Positions 18,375-28,339 of a stretch of 64,000 nucleotides of DNA are shown one piece after another. The first letter of the stretch is position 1. Every line of letters starts with the position of its first letter. This DNA comes from a virus. The notes under the pieces are model-generated. The model saw only the letters and a list, made by a program, of their open reading frames with translations. It searched no databases and had not been told where the DNA came from. The translations under genes and the position numbers were made by a program. Where the stretch lies: positions 1-64,000 of IMG/VR virus record IMGVR_UViG_3300037069_002825; one strand, given 5' to 3'.

Positions 18375-21300
18375 ATGCCCGAAGCGTCCTACACGTCGTT
18401 CGCGGGGCTGCTGCGGCTACCGCCAGGCTCTCCGCTCAGCTCTGATGGGTTCGCGTTCCAGTGGATCGATCCGCTCACAATCGACAGGTTGCTCAAAATC
18501 GGCGCAGTCACGCACCATCACGACGGGGTGGCCGCCATGGGCAACCCGGTGGCGCTCCCGACAGTCAACGTCAAAGGCGCAGGTGGCTCGATCGCGGCGA
18601 ACACCACGGTCGGCGTGACCTATACGATCGTCGACGATGAGGGCGGCGAGAGCCTTCCCGCCCCTCCACAGTCGGTCACCACGTCCGGCGGCGTCCCGGA
18701 CCCACAGGAGGCACCAGCGGCGGCCGTCAGCTACGCGGCGGGCAATCTGTTGGCCTACACCTACACCTACGGCCTCACGATCACAGACGGCGCGGGTGGC
18801 GAGACGGCCCTTAGTCCACTGGTCACCGTCACGGTCGAACCCGGCTTCCTGCACGCGGAGGTCACACTGACCAAACTCGCTGAAATACTCGCCGAAGTCG
18901 GAGGAGGAGAATGGCGGCTGTGGCGCATGCAGGAAGGTGGCGAATGGAACCTGATCGGCAATGGGACGGCCGCTGAATTCAAAGACGACGGCACGCACAC
19001 GCCCGATTGCACCGTCACCCCACCGACCACCTCGACGACGCATGGCACGAGCGCACTGGAAGTGATAGTGCCCAACCCAGCTGAACCCCGGGCCACTTTC
19101 ATCAGGCTCTACGCCACAACCGACGGCTCTTTCGGACCATCCTCCTACATCGCCGAATACCCCATCAGTGAAGCCGGCAAAGCAATCGAACTAACGGCGC
19201 TTGCGCTGCTAAATGGTGCCCCTCCCGCCGTCAGTAGGTCGGTAGCTCACGCGGCCAAGATTGACCCAGACACGGACCTGATCGCCTTCCCCTGGAAGCG
19301 GCCCGTGGGCAAAGCGAGCGAACTCCCAACCGAACACAATGAAAACGGGGACGTGCGGGAGAGCCTCGACGATCACAAGCTCCACTCCTGGGACGCCGAA
19401 TCGAAAACCTGGGTGACCATCACCAGCGAAGGTGGTGGCAGCCTGGAGATAGAGAACCCTGCGGGCGAAGGGATGCCCGGCGAGCCCAAGCTCCAGTTCA
19501 CGGGCGCTGGGGTTGCCTCGGTGGCCGACGACCCTACGCACAACCGTACCGTGGTCACCGTCAACGCGGGCACGATCATCAGCTACAAAGGCGTGTGGGC
19601 CGGGGGCACCACCTATCACGCGGGTGATGTCGTCACGCGCCTCGGCAGCTCCTACTTCGGAATCTCCGAAAGCAAAGGCGACGATCCGTCCACCGACGAA
19701 GGGGTCCACTGGGGACTGCTCGCGGCCGCAGGCGCAAAAGGTGAAGGCGGCGGAGGCGGGGGACTGACATGGCGCGGCGCCTGGGCGAACGCCACGACTT
19801 ACGCGGTGAACGACGTGGTCTCCGAAGGTGGCAGCTCCTATGTGAGCGTCGTCGCCGAAAACGTCGGTCACAAACCCGCAGGGGACGAAACCCACTGGGC
19901 CGTCGTCGCGGAGGCCGGCGCGGGACTCACCCCAAGGGGTGCATGGTCGGAAGCGACGACTTACAACGTCGCCGATCTCGTGGAGTACGAAGGCTCGGCC
20001 TACGTCAGCCGCACCGGCGCCAATCTCAACCACAACCCCGAAACGGACCCCACCCACTGGACGCTCTACATCGAGCGAGGCCTTGAAGGGCCGAAAGGGC
20101 TCAAAGGTGAAATTGGACCGCCCGGATCGCCGGGCATGCGCTGGCGAGGCGTGTGGGGCGCGGGGACCACCTATGCCGAAGATGATGTGGTGCAGCGCGA
20201 AGGCAGCTCCTACCTCAGCGTGGCCGTCGGCAACAAAGGACACGACCCCGCAACGGATGGCGAAGTTCACTGGCAGCTCGTGGCCGTGAAGGGGGCGGCG
20301 GGTGCCGCAGGCGCCCCCGGCGCCGAAGGCCCGGGGATTAGGTGGCGTGGAGTATGGAAATCTGGAACAGCCTATGCAGTGCATGATGCCGTCCAGCGGG
20401 GCGGTTCGTCCTACATCACGCAGGTTGGCAGCACGGGAGAAGATCCGCTGATCCCGAACATGATCGCCAACGGCAGCGCCGAGTCCGGGAGCATGACGGG
20501 GATCTCCGGGGTCAACGCCGCGACAGTCGCCCGGAGCAAAGAACAGGCTCACGATGGGGTCTGGTCGTTCAAGGTGGTTACGGCAGCCGGTGCTGATTCT
20601 GGGGTGCTGTTCGCCGGGCCTACCATCACCTCGGGCGAGACATGCCGAGCCGAAGCCGCTATTTACGGGGAAGCGGGCGACAAATACCGCATCGCCTTCA
20701 TGAACGGTGCGACACCCGAGATCGTCTACGAAGGCGAACTCGCCGAAGCCGGCTGGAATATCGTCACCGTAGCCGGAACGGCGACGACCACGATCGACCA
20801 CTTGCGCATCGATAACGGTGCAACGGGCGGGGCGCACAACTGGTACGTGGACAGCGTTGGCGCCTTCGCCGACAACTGGGAACTGCTCGCGGCCCGAGGT
20901 GGGAGCGCCTACGCTGTGACCGAAGCGGCCGAAGCCGGACGCATCATCGAGGACACGTGGTCGCTATCCGAAGCTATAGCGGTGGGCGCGAGGCCCGGGT
21001 TCTCAGTGCGCCTCGGCTCCAGTGACATTTCCCAGCATGTGATTGGAGTACGAACCCACCTCGCCGAAGGCGAAGTTACCGTGACGTTCCTCAAGAACGG
21101 GGAAGCGATACCCGGCCTCACCGGAATCGTCATCAAAGCGGGCGCAACCGAGTTCGATCTGACCGCGAAAAGCAAAGCCGAAGAAGAAGGTGGCGCGCAT
21201 CCGCCGCTCGCCGTCGCTACGCACGACTATCTATCGATGGAAGTGACTGCGGCTACGGGCAGCCCGGCCCAGCTGTCGATGACGATCTTCCGTGAAGCGA

Positions 21301-22007
21301 GGACCGATGGACCGCTCCAGGGTCCGGAAGGCAAACCGGGACCGGAAGGCAAAGAAGGTAAAGAAGGTAAAGCGGGCGAAGGTGGTGGCGGCGGCGGCGC
21401 CCCCACCCCTGTCCTCGACGAACCGTTTACCGAAAACCACCTCGCCTCATACACGTTCCTGGAAGAAACCAAAGAAGAAGGACTGACGGTTAGTGCCGGC
21501 GTACTGCATTGCGGGGACACTAATCCGCATGTGTTTGCCGATACGGGCGTGAACATCACCGACTTCAAGGGGGTCGTGAAGCTCATACCGGCGGGGGTGC
21601 AGCCGGTTATCACCCTGGGCAAGGAGGTCAGCAGTGGCAATATGATCTACGCCCAGATCAGCGCCAGCAAACTCTGGATATTCAAGGAGATCGCTGGTGT
21701 CGCCTCCTCACTGATAAACGAAGCGTTCCCGAAAACCGAAGGACAGTCCTACTGGCTCGTCGTACGCATGGTGGGAAACCTTTTCACCGCCGAGATCTGG
21801 ACGGAGGACCCACGGTACGCCATGCCCGAGGCGAGGCAGATCGTTATTACCTACATGCTGACGGGCGAAGACGCCACGGACCTTGGTGTCGGCGTCTCCG
21901 GGCATCCCGTGATGTCACTGGCTAGCGGGAGCCTCGCCGCGACGGAAACGGTTGTCGATGACTGGGTAGTCACCGACCTCGAACTCGGGTCGAGAGGCGC
22001 GTTCTAG
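18375..22007 (+). CDS. Tail fibre / receptor-binding protein with five CBM5/12-like W-repeats, collagen-like segments and a CBM-like insert
   Basis: Repeats (W/Y)RG.W...T.Y...D.V...GS.Y; G-x-x triplets. Confidence 0.8.
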   Translation: MPEASYTSFAGLLRLPPGSPLSSDGFAFQWIDPLTIDRLLKIGAVTHHHDGVAAMGNPVALPTVNVKGAGGSIAANTTVGVTYTIVDDEGGESLPAPPQSVTTSGGVPDPQEAPAAAVSYAAGNLLAYTYTYGLTITDGAGGETALSPLVTVTVEPGFLHAEVTLTKLAEILAEVGGGEWRLWRMQEGGEWNLIGNGTAAEFKDDGTHTPDCTVTPPTTSTTHGTSALEVIVPNPAEPRATFIRLYATTDGSFGPSSYIAEYPISEAGKAIELTALALLNGAPPAVSRSVAHAAKIDPDTDLIAFPWKRPVGKASELPTEHNENGDVRESLDDHKLHSWDAESKTWVTITSEGGGSLEIENPAGEGMPGEPKLQFTGAGVASVADDPTHNRTVVTVNAGTIISYKGVWAGGTTYHAGDVVTRLGSSYFGISESKGDDPSTDEGVHWGLLAAAGAKGEGGGGGGLTWRGAWANATTYAVNDVVSEGGSSYVSVVAENVGHKPAGDETHWAVVAEAGAGLTPRGAWSEATTYNVADLVEYEGSAYVSRTGANLNHNPETDPTHWTLYIERGLEGPKGLKGEIGPPGSPGMRWRGVWGAGTTYAEDDVVQREGSSYLSVAVGNKGHDPATDGEVHWQLVAVKGAAGAAGAPGAEGPGIRWRGVWKSGTAYAVHDAVQRGGSSYITQVGSTGEDPLIPNMIANGSAESGSMTGISGVNAATVARSKEQAHDGVWSFKVVTAAGADSGVLFAGPTITSGETCRAEAAIYGEAGDKYRIAFMNGATPEIVYEGELAEAGWNIVTVAGTATTTIDHLRIDNGATGGAHNWYVDSVGAFADNWELLAARGGSAYAVTEAAEAGRIIEDTWSLSEAIAVGARPGFSVRLGSSDISQHVIGVRTHLAEGEVTVTFLKNGEAIPGLTGIVIKAGATEFDLTAKSKAEEEGGAHPPLAVATHDYLSMEVTAATGSPAQLSMTIFREARTDGPLQGPEGKPGPEGKEGKEGKAGEGGGGGGAPTPVLDEPFTENHLASYTFLEETKEEGLTVSAGVLHCGDTNPHVFADTGVNITDFKGVVKLIPAGVQPVITLGKEVSSGNMIYAQISASKLWIFKEIAGVASSLINEAFPKTEGQSYWLVVRMVGNLFTAEIWTEDPRYAMPEARQIVITYMLTGEDATDLGVGVSGHPVMSLASGSLAATETVVDDWVVTDLELGSRGAF

Positions 22008-22011
22008 CATC

Positions 22012-22659
22012 ATGAAACCATTCAAGTCGTTGCTCGGCGTCCAGTTCTCGGCGCTCGGTGCCAATCCCTACGAACCGTTCTACGCGGGACAGATTTGGAC
22101 ATTGAGTTCTAACGCCAGCGAAAAAGGCGGCACAGTCTTTGAAGCGGGCAACGTGGAAGTTGTGGAGCTGTACACGGAAAGCGGGACTGCGACGAGCATC
22201 TGGTTCGGCATCTACGATTACGATCTCTTCAAAACGGGCGAAACGAGCGAATATCTCCCCAACAACCCACTGATCAGCGCACACCACATAGGAGCAGTGC
22301 CGGTCAACGGCGTGATCCGCGTCGCACTGCCATTGACCGTTGCGTCGGGCGATCATCGAACCCTGGCGGTGCTCCCGCTCGGGGGCGACGTGAAACCCGC
22401 TCTCGCCACTGGGGGGGGCGGGCTTGACAACGTCCTGTGGCAGAACGAAACCCAGCGGCCGCCCTATACGGGCTGGGACACGCGGAAAGAAACGAGGCCG
22501 GGGGTCACGCCGTTCGAAGAACTGATCAAAGATCTACACGGGCCCAATGAAGGCGGTCTACCGTCGAACATCTCCGGGCCGTCGGGGGGGGAACGTACAG
22601 CCGCGTTCGCCATCAGGGCAGGGCATGACCTCGGTAGTGAGCTGGCGATGATGCTCTGA
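22012..22659 (+). CDS. Hypothetical tail-region protein
   Basis: ORF within the tail operon. Confidence 0.6.
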   Translation: MKPFKSLLGVQFSALGANPYEPFYAGQIWTLSSNASEKGGTVFEAGNVEVVELYTESGTATSIWFGIYDYDLFKTGETSEYLPNNPLISAHHIGAVPVNGVIRVALPLTVASGDHRTLAVLPLGGDVKPALATGGGGLDNVLWQNETQRPPYTGWDTRKETRPGVTPFEELIKDLHGPNEGGLPSNISGPSGGERTAAFAIRAGHDLGSELAMML

Positions 22660-23552
22660 TGCCGCTGCCCGGCTTTGAAGCGCCGCTGATCAAAGAACCC
22701 GACGTTGAACTCGTGCGTGGGATCGCGGTCGACGGCACCTATATCTACTGGGCCAACAACGAAAGCCTAGCTGAAGGTACATCGAGCATCGGCCGCTCCA
22801 AGCTCGACGGGTCGGAAGTCATCCCCCACTTCATCGTCGTGGCGACCAAAGACCCCAGTGACGACCACCCCGTTACCGTGGCCGTCAACGCCACGCATGT
22901 CTACTGGACGACGGAACCTAACGGTCGGGTAGGTCGGGCAAGACTGGACGGGTCCGAAGTGGAACACGAATTGCACAAAATGAAAGGCGAAAGCCTGGGG
23001 CTGGCTCTCAGCGCGACACACGTCCACTGGAGCTGGGTATATGGGTTCGAAGGGAAGAACGGGATCGGCCGAGCTAATCTCGACGGCTCGTCTGCGGAAG
23101 AAGCGTTCCTGCTGCTCACCGAAGAAGTGAAGCGTTACGGCAAACTGGCATGTGACGGCACCTACCTGTACTTCACCTATGGCAACTTTGCCCCCAACAT
23201 CGGCCGCTGCAAGCTCGACGGCAGCGAAATCATCACCAACTTCGTCCCCATTCCTATCACCGGCGGCGAAGTCGCCCTAGCGGTCGCAGACGGCAAACTA
23301 TGGTGGCGGGCGCCAAGCGAATCCGAAGGCTACGTCATCTTCACCGCCGGGCTCGACGGCAAAGTACCCAAAGAACTGTACGCGACGGGGAGCGGTGAAC
23401 AGATCGCGGTCACCGTCAGCCAGCGTGTCTACGTGTCGCATCGAGGCACACCCGTGGGTGGCTACATAGCCCGCAACGAGGTCAGCAAACCGTCCGCCAC
23501 AACAGGGGCCATCGTGGCGGCGAGGGGCACGATCGGCGCCATACATGGGTAG
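22659..23552 (+). CDS. YWTD-like beta-propeller protein
   Basis: Repeats DGTYIYW...IGRSKLDGS / VYWT...VGRARLDGS / IGRANLDGS / IGRCKLDGS. Confidence 0.7.
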   Translation: MPLPGFEAPLIKEPDVELVRGIAVDGTYIYWANNESLAEGTSSIGRSKLDGSEVIPHFIVVATKDPSDDHPVTVAVNATHVYWTTEPNGRVGRARLDGSEVEHELHKMKGESLGLALSATHVHWSWVYGFEGKNGIGRANLDGSSAEEAFLLLTEEVKRYGKLACDGTYLYFTYGNFAPNIGRCKLDGSEIITNFVPIPITGGEVALAVADGKLWWRAPSESEGYVIFTAGLDGKVPKELYATGSGEQIAVTVSQRVYVSHRGTPVGGYIARNEVSKPSATTGAIVAARGTIGAIHG

Positions 23553-23664
23553 CCCACGCATCACCACAGGGCCGCCGACTCCGGGCATAGTGCAGCCACG
23601 GCTGTGGATAGTGGGCGTGACGGGGTCGCCCGTAAGTATTTCACTTCAACTAGGAGACGAAATT

Positions 23665-24777
23665 ATGAAACTTCTTGACAACCTCGACCTTCAAAAGCAC
23701 GAACTACTCAACGCGGTAATCGAGAAGCTATCTGCACCGCCCGAAGGCGTGGAAGGTCTCGTCTACTTTGACACCACCAAACACGAATTCGGCTGTTACA
23801 ACGGCACCGCCTGGGTTTATAGCGCGACCCTCGCGGAAGCCACCGAAACCACCCTGGGAGGAGTCAAGCTAGCGGGAGATCTCAAAGGCGGCACGGGAGC
23901 AGCGCCGCATGTCACCAACCTGCATCTCGAAGGTGATACGGCGATCAACCACAAGCTCACGTCCGTCACGGACCCCACGAATCCCCAGGACGCCGCCACG
24001 CTGAAATTCGTGCTTGGCAAGGTCAACGGGCTCTCGTGGAAGCAGCACGTCCAGCTCGCTACCTTCGGCGCCCTCCCCGCCTACACACATTCGGGCACGG
24101 GTGAAACCGGCACCCTAGAAGCCAACGCAAACGGTGCCCTGACCGTTGACGGCGTAGCCGTGACCGTAGGCATGAGGATCTTCGTCACACAGGCCGTGGA
24201 AGAAAAGCACAACGGCATCTACGAAGTCACACAAGCTGGAGGCGCCGGGGAAAAGTACAAGCTCGTCCGATCCTCCGACGCCGACACGGGCGCGCTTCTC
24301 GAAAACGCAGCGGCCTTCGTGCAGGAGGGGACGGAATACGCGACGCAGGAGTTCGTGGTGTCTGACACGGGCGCGATCAACATCGACGTGACGGCCGTGA
24401 AAGTCATCGACTACTCAAGCGGCACGAGTGTCGTAGGCGATGGCACATACACCACCCGCACGGGCAACACGATCGCGCTCAAACCGAACACAGCTGTGCC
24501 CGCCGTGCCTGCCGAAGGGGCGGTCAGCGCGGTTGGCTCCGGAGCCGTGCGTGTCAAGCGCTTCGCCATCACAGGAAACGCCGCCAAGACAGAATTCGAA
24601 GCGGAACACAAACTCGGGACCAAGCTACTCCTTGTGCAATGTCAGGAAAACGCAGCGGGTGAACCTACGGCTCCTGTGGAAATCGATTGGGAACCCGTCA
24701 GCACGGAAATCATCAAGATCAAGTTCGTAACAGCGCCCGCCAAAGGCACCAGCTACTTTGTAACGGTCATGGGTTGA
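23665..24777 (+). CDS. Tail or head fibre protein
   Basis: SD AGGAG; DPTNPQDAAT stalk motif; NGIY.V...RS.DAD fibre motif. Confidence 0.65.
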   Translation: MKLLDNLDLQKHELLNAVIEKLSAPPEGVEGLVYFDTTKHEFGCYNGTAWVYSATLAEATETTLGGVKLAGDLKGGTGAAPHVTNLHLEGDTAINHKLTSVTDPTNPQDAATLKFVLGKVNGLSWKQHVQLATFGALPAYTHSGTGETGTLEANANGALTVDGVAVTVGMRIFVTQAVEEKHNGIYEVTQAGGAGEKYKLVRSSDADTGALLENAAAFVQEGTEYATQEFVVSDTGAINIDVTAVKVIDYSSGTSVVGDGTYTTRTGNTIALKPNTAVPAVPAEGAVSAVGSGAVRVKRFAITGNAAKTEFEAEHKLGTKLLLVQCQENAAGEPTAPVEIDWEPVSTEIIKIKFVTAPAKGTSYFVTVMG

Positions 24778-24781
24778 TCCT

Positions 24782-25687
24782 ATGAGCGCTATAAAGCCCT
24801 TTATTGAGACAGTACAGCTAAACAACGGTTTGATTATTCCGGCCTCAGCTGCTGCCGGACGAGTGCTCATGTCCGATGCCTCAGGCAATGCGACATGGGA
24901 GCCGGATGATATAGGAGTTATCAAGACAAGCGCAAGTGCTTTTACGTTGCCAGAAAACTATGAATTTTGTAACGGGAGAACGTACGAACGCACAGGCGAA
25001 TTCGCCGTCTTGTATGAAATACTTTCTCACTCTTCCTTCAAAGTAAGTCTAACTAAAGGCTCCAAGATTCTCACTCTCAGCACTGCGTTTTCTAACTCAG
25101 GGTTCGGTATAGGGTGGCCCGTAGAGCTAGCTGGTGCGATCCCTGCGGGTACGAAAATAGCTAAACTTGTAGGTACCAAAGAAATCGAATTGACAGCTGC
25201 TGCATCCGCAACTGTAACATCAGGTGAAAACCTTGCCGCTATATTTTTCCCGTGGGGAAACGGGAACGGAACAACTACATTCAACATACCTAATATACCT
25301 GCCGGTACGGCTCTTGTGAACGGAGGCACCACTGCATTTCCGGTAGCTGTGGCAGGGGGAGCAGCTACGGTAACTCTGGCCGTAACTCACTTGCCTTCCC
25401 ACGCACATGGAGGCAAAACTGGTACTGGGACCACGGGGACAGAAAGCGCGACCCACATACATAACCCTCCTGGGGGCAGTGAAGGTTCCGTTTTTCTTAC
25501 AGGTGGAGCAACCAACTCGAACATAGGGCTGGGATCATCTTTCGCTACGGCCGCACATACAGGGGCAAATACAACAACGCACACTCATGCTGTTCCGGCG
25601 CTGACAGTTAGTGCCGAAGGCGGCGGAGAAGCGCATAGCAATATGCCTCCCTACGTAGGCACCAGTTTCATCATCAAGGTCAGCTAG
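24782..25687 (+). CDS. Tail collar-domain fibre protein (low GC)
   Basis: P....CNG..Y.R...L...; G.G.G.TTFNIP; GG...H.NMPPY....IIK. Confidence 0.8.
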   Translation: MSAIKPFIETVQLNNGLIIPASAAAGRVLMSDASGNATWEPDDIGVIKTSASAFTLPENYEFCNGRTYERTGEFAVLYEILSHSSFKVSLTKGSKILTLSTAFSNSGFGIGWPVELAGAIPAGTKIAKLVGTKEIELTAAASATVTSGENLAAIFFPWGNGNGTTTFNIPNIPAGTALVNGGTTAFPVAVAGGAATVTLAVTHLPSHAHGGKTGTGTTGTESATHIHNPPGGSEGSVFLTGGATNSNIGLGSSFATAAHTGANTTTHTHAVPALTVSAEGGGEAHSNMPPYVGTSFIIKVS

Positions 25688-25794
25688 AGGGCTGCTCGCA
25701 ATTTGCGGGATTTACCGACGACGGGCGACCGGCCATGGTTGTAGTATCGCTCTACACAGCCACCGAGACGCAGAGAGCCCAGGAGGACCACCGC

Positions 25795-26751
25795 ATGCCC
25801 GAAGTCGCAGAGCCGCTCAAGACGCAACGCGAAGGTAGCCGCTGGCGCTACGCGCGTCCCACCCCCCAGGAAGTGAGCGAGTGGTTCAAGACCCAACCGC
25901 TCGACGAGGGGATGAGGCACGAGGAGTATGAGAGCGGCGTCGTGATAATCCCCGCAAGCGAGAAGGTCAAAAAGCAGCGGTCCGACGGCAGGGGCACCGA
26001 AGACGTCTACGAGATGACCTTTACCCCCTATATGCGCGTCGATATGCGCGTGCTCTACTTCCGCCGACTGGCCGAGCGGCGTCGCCTAAAGCCGGTGATC
26101 GAGCCGGTCCCCGCCGTGCGCATCGACGACACCAAGTCGGCCTACTTCAACGGCAACCTCGGTGAGGGTCTCTGGTGGCACGTCGTGAGGGGCTCCGATG
26201 GGGCTGCGGTGCGCTACCTGGCCGCCACCTGGCGGGTGGCCCTCTACGAGCCCCACAAGCTCGCCAACGACGAGGGTGCCGAGATCGAAGGTGTGGCCAC
26301 TAAGCAGGTCGCAGGCGGCGCCGACATCAACGGGATCATGAAGGCCGAGACGGGCGCGATCGGTCGCGCGCTCGCAGCTGCCGGCATCCTGGTGCTGGGG
26401 ACGGGGCTCGCCTCGGCCGAGGACATGCAGGATCTCGCTAGCGCTGGGCCGGCTGGCGGCGTTGAGCCGCTCGACACGGGGCGTTCCCCGGCCGTTGCCA
26501 CCGACCCGGAGGAGGAGCGCAAACAGCTCATCGGCCGGCCCGCCGAGCTGGAGGCGACGATGAGAGCCCGGGCGCCCGAGAGCTGGACGTCGTTCGCCGC
26601 CTGGTGGGACGAGCGTAAGCGGGCCGAGGGCTGGGCCAATATCACCTCGGTGCCCACCGACGCGCTGCGGGGGATCATCGTGAAGATGGAACGCGAGCTG
26701 GACGCGGCACTCCACGCGCAGGCGAACCTCCCCACAGCGGGCGCGTCATGA
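25795..26751 (+). CDS. Putative single-strand annealing protein (Rad52-like)
   Basis: KAETGAIGRALA.AG...ASAEDM motif; first gene of the recombination module; SD AGGAGG. Confidence 0.55.
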   Translation: MPEVAEPLKTQREGSRWRYARPTPQEVSEWFKTQPLDEGMRHEEYESGVVIIPASEKVKKQRSDGRGTEDVYEMTFTPYMRVDMRVLYFRRLAERRRLKPVIEPVPAVRIDDTKSAYFNGNLGEGLWWHVVRGSDGAAVRYLAATWRVALYEPHKLANDEGAEIEGVATKQVAGGADINGIMKAETGAIGRALAAAGILVLGTGLASAEDMQDLASAGPAGGVEPLDTGRSPAVATDPEEERKQLIGRPAELEATMRARAPESWTSFAAWWDERKRAEGWANITSVPTDALRGIIVKMERELDAALHAQANLPTAGAS

Positions 26752-26939
26752 GGGCCACGCGCGCCAAAGAGCTGAAAGACCGCGTCGTGATCGAGGGCGG
26801 CGGACGGCCCGAGTATCGGCGCCGGAAGAAGCTCTACATGGAGGTAAGACGCAGCAAGGGTGTAACGCCCGTGGTCAAACGAGAACGCCAACGCCGCGCC
26901 CTCCGGGCGAAGCCCCCGACAACCGAGAGCATCTTCTGA
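26748..26939 (+). CDS. Small basic protein
   Basis: Overlaps both neighbours. Confidence 0.5.
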   Translation: MRATRAKELKDRVVIEGGGRPEYRRRKKLYMEVRRSKGVTPVVKRERQRRALRAKPPTTESIF

Positions 26940-27274
26940 TGCCGGCCGAGGTCGAGAGTGGCGAGCCCGTCATCAAACTTGGTGAGCAGCTGAGGGAGCT
27001 GCGGGAGGAGTGGGGTGACGGCTTCGACGAGGACATTGCTCAGCCGATCGCCAAGTGGATCAAGAAAGTCCGCGAGCAGCTCGCCGGCCAGACGGCCGAT
27101 CACGAATGCGATATCGATAGGCTTGAGGAACAGGTCGAGGACCTTGATCGCGAGCTGGAGGAGTCGCGGATTAGGGCCACGCAGGTTGAGCGCGTGCTGG
27201 AGGATCTCGCGGACATCGGTCGCGGAGTACGCACCGTCGAGGAGGTATTGGAGAAGTGGGGGCCCGTCCCGTGA
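26939..27274 (+). CDS. Coiled-coil hypothetical protein
   Basis: ORF, overlaps. Confidence 0.6.
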   Translation: MPAEVESGEPVIKLGEQLRELREEWGDGFDEDIAQPIAKWIKKVREQLAGQTADHECDIDRLEEQVEDLDRELEESRIRATQVERVLEDLADIGRGVRTVEEVLEKWGPVP

Positions 27275-27681
27275 TCAAGACGTTCGTGCTCACCTACGAC
27301 GAGGCACCTAAGTCGCTCAACGCGGGCGGCGCGGGTTCGCGCAGTCACTGGAGCAAGGGTTACGCCGAGAAGCGTCGCTGGGAAGGGATCTGGGCGCTGC
27401 TCCTGATCGAGGGCAAGGTTCCGCGCGGGATGACGCACTGCTCGGTCGAGGGACTGATCGAGTTCGTGCGCGCCCAGAGACGTGACGTGGAGAACTACCG
27501 CCCTGCCCTGGTGAAGGCCTTTGCCGACGCGCTCGTGCACGGAGGCTGGCTCCCCGACGACGAGGAGCGGTTCTTCGTAATGGCCGGTCTGACCCTTCGG
27601 GCCGGGATGGAGTCCGGCAACCCATTCGTGCAGGGTCGCACCACGCTCACACTTCAGGCGACCTATCCGGATGCCGACTGA
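27271..27681 (+). CDS. RusA-like Holliday junction resolvase
   Basis: P.SLN...; RRD.EN....K...DALV..G.L.DD motif. Confidence 0.7.
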   Translation: MIKTFVLTYDEAPKSLNAGGAGSRSHWSKGYAEKRRWEGIWALLLIEGKVPRGMTHCSVEGLIEFVRAQRRDVENYRPALVKAFADALVHGGWLPDDEERFFVMAGLTLRAGMESGNPFVQGRTTLTLQATYPDAD

Positions 27682-28339
27682 GGCGCCAACGATCCGCACC
27701 TTCGCGGAGTACATGGCCGAGCGACGCTGGGTGGACATGCGCGTCGTCACCGTAGGCCGGGTAGACCGCGTGCGCATAGAGGGCCTCGACATCAGGCTGC
27801 ACCAAGACCACGTGCACGTGCGGCAGAAGTTCCTGGAGAGTGAGACGGTGCGCTCCGCCGATCATGTGTTCGATTGTGAAGACGTGCGGTGGGTCAGGCC
27901 CACCAAACTGATGCTCGACCAGGTGCGCCCGTTGAGCCAGCCGCGCCCGGTGCCCGGCGGCGAGTCGGTCGACGATAAACAGGCGCAGGAGATAGTGGAC
28001 GCAATCGTCTCGGTGGTCTCGTTCACAAGTGGCGAGGCTGTCAGCGCGATCCGTGCGGGCGCCAACCGCGCGGGTCTGGACGAGCGTCAGGTTGCCATGT
28101 GGTGCGCCTTCGAGATGACCGACCTCTCGCTGGAAGTGATCTGCAAGCGTGAATTCGGATACCTCTCGACAATGCCCCTGGCTACGGTCCTCTCCTACAT
28201 AGAAGACTTCTATCGGGGTGACCGATTTAGCAAGCGCTTCGTGGAAAGGGTCAGGGCCGCCGCCACGGGTGCCAGTCTCGCGCTGGGGTACGTGCCTCGA
28301 CGCTCCGCTCTTGTCCCGGACTGGAAACGGGTGCTCTGA
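27671..28339 (+). CDS. Hypothetical protein
   Basis: ORF in operon. Confidence 0.6.
   Translation: MPTEAPTIRTFAEYMAERRWVDMRVVTVGRVDRVRIEGLDIRLHQDHVHVRQKFLESETVRSADHVFDCEDVRWVRPTKLMLDQVRPLSQPRPVPGGESVDDKQAQEIVDAIVSVVSFTSGEAVSAIRAGANRAGLDERQVAMWCAFEMTDLSLEVICKREFGYLSTMPLATVLSYIEDFYRGDRFSKRFVERVRAAATGASLALGYVPRRSALVPDWKRVL

Noticed and set aside
19209-20837. Long antisense ORFs (also 7156-8406, 2331-3362, 47961-49064, 57566-58675)
   Set aside because: Shadow ORFs expected opposite high-GC3 genes; no motifs or SD support
18375-25687. Diversity-generating retroelement acting on tail fibres
   Set aside because: No reverse transcriptase and no TR/VR repeat pair seen in the window
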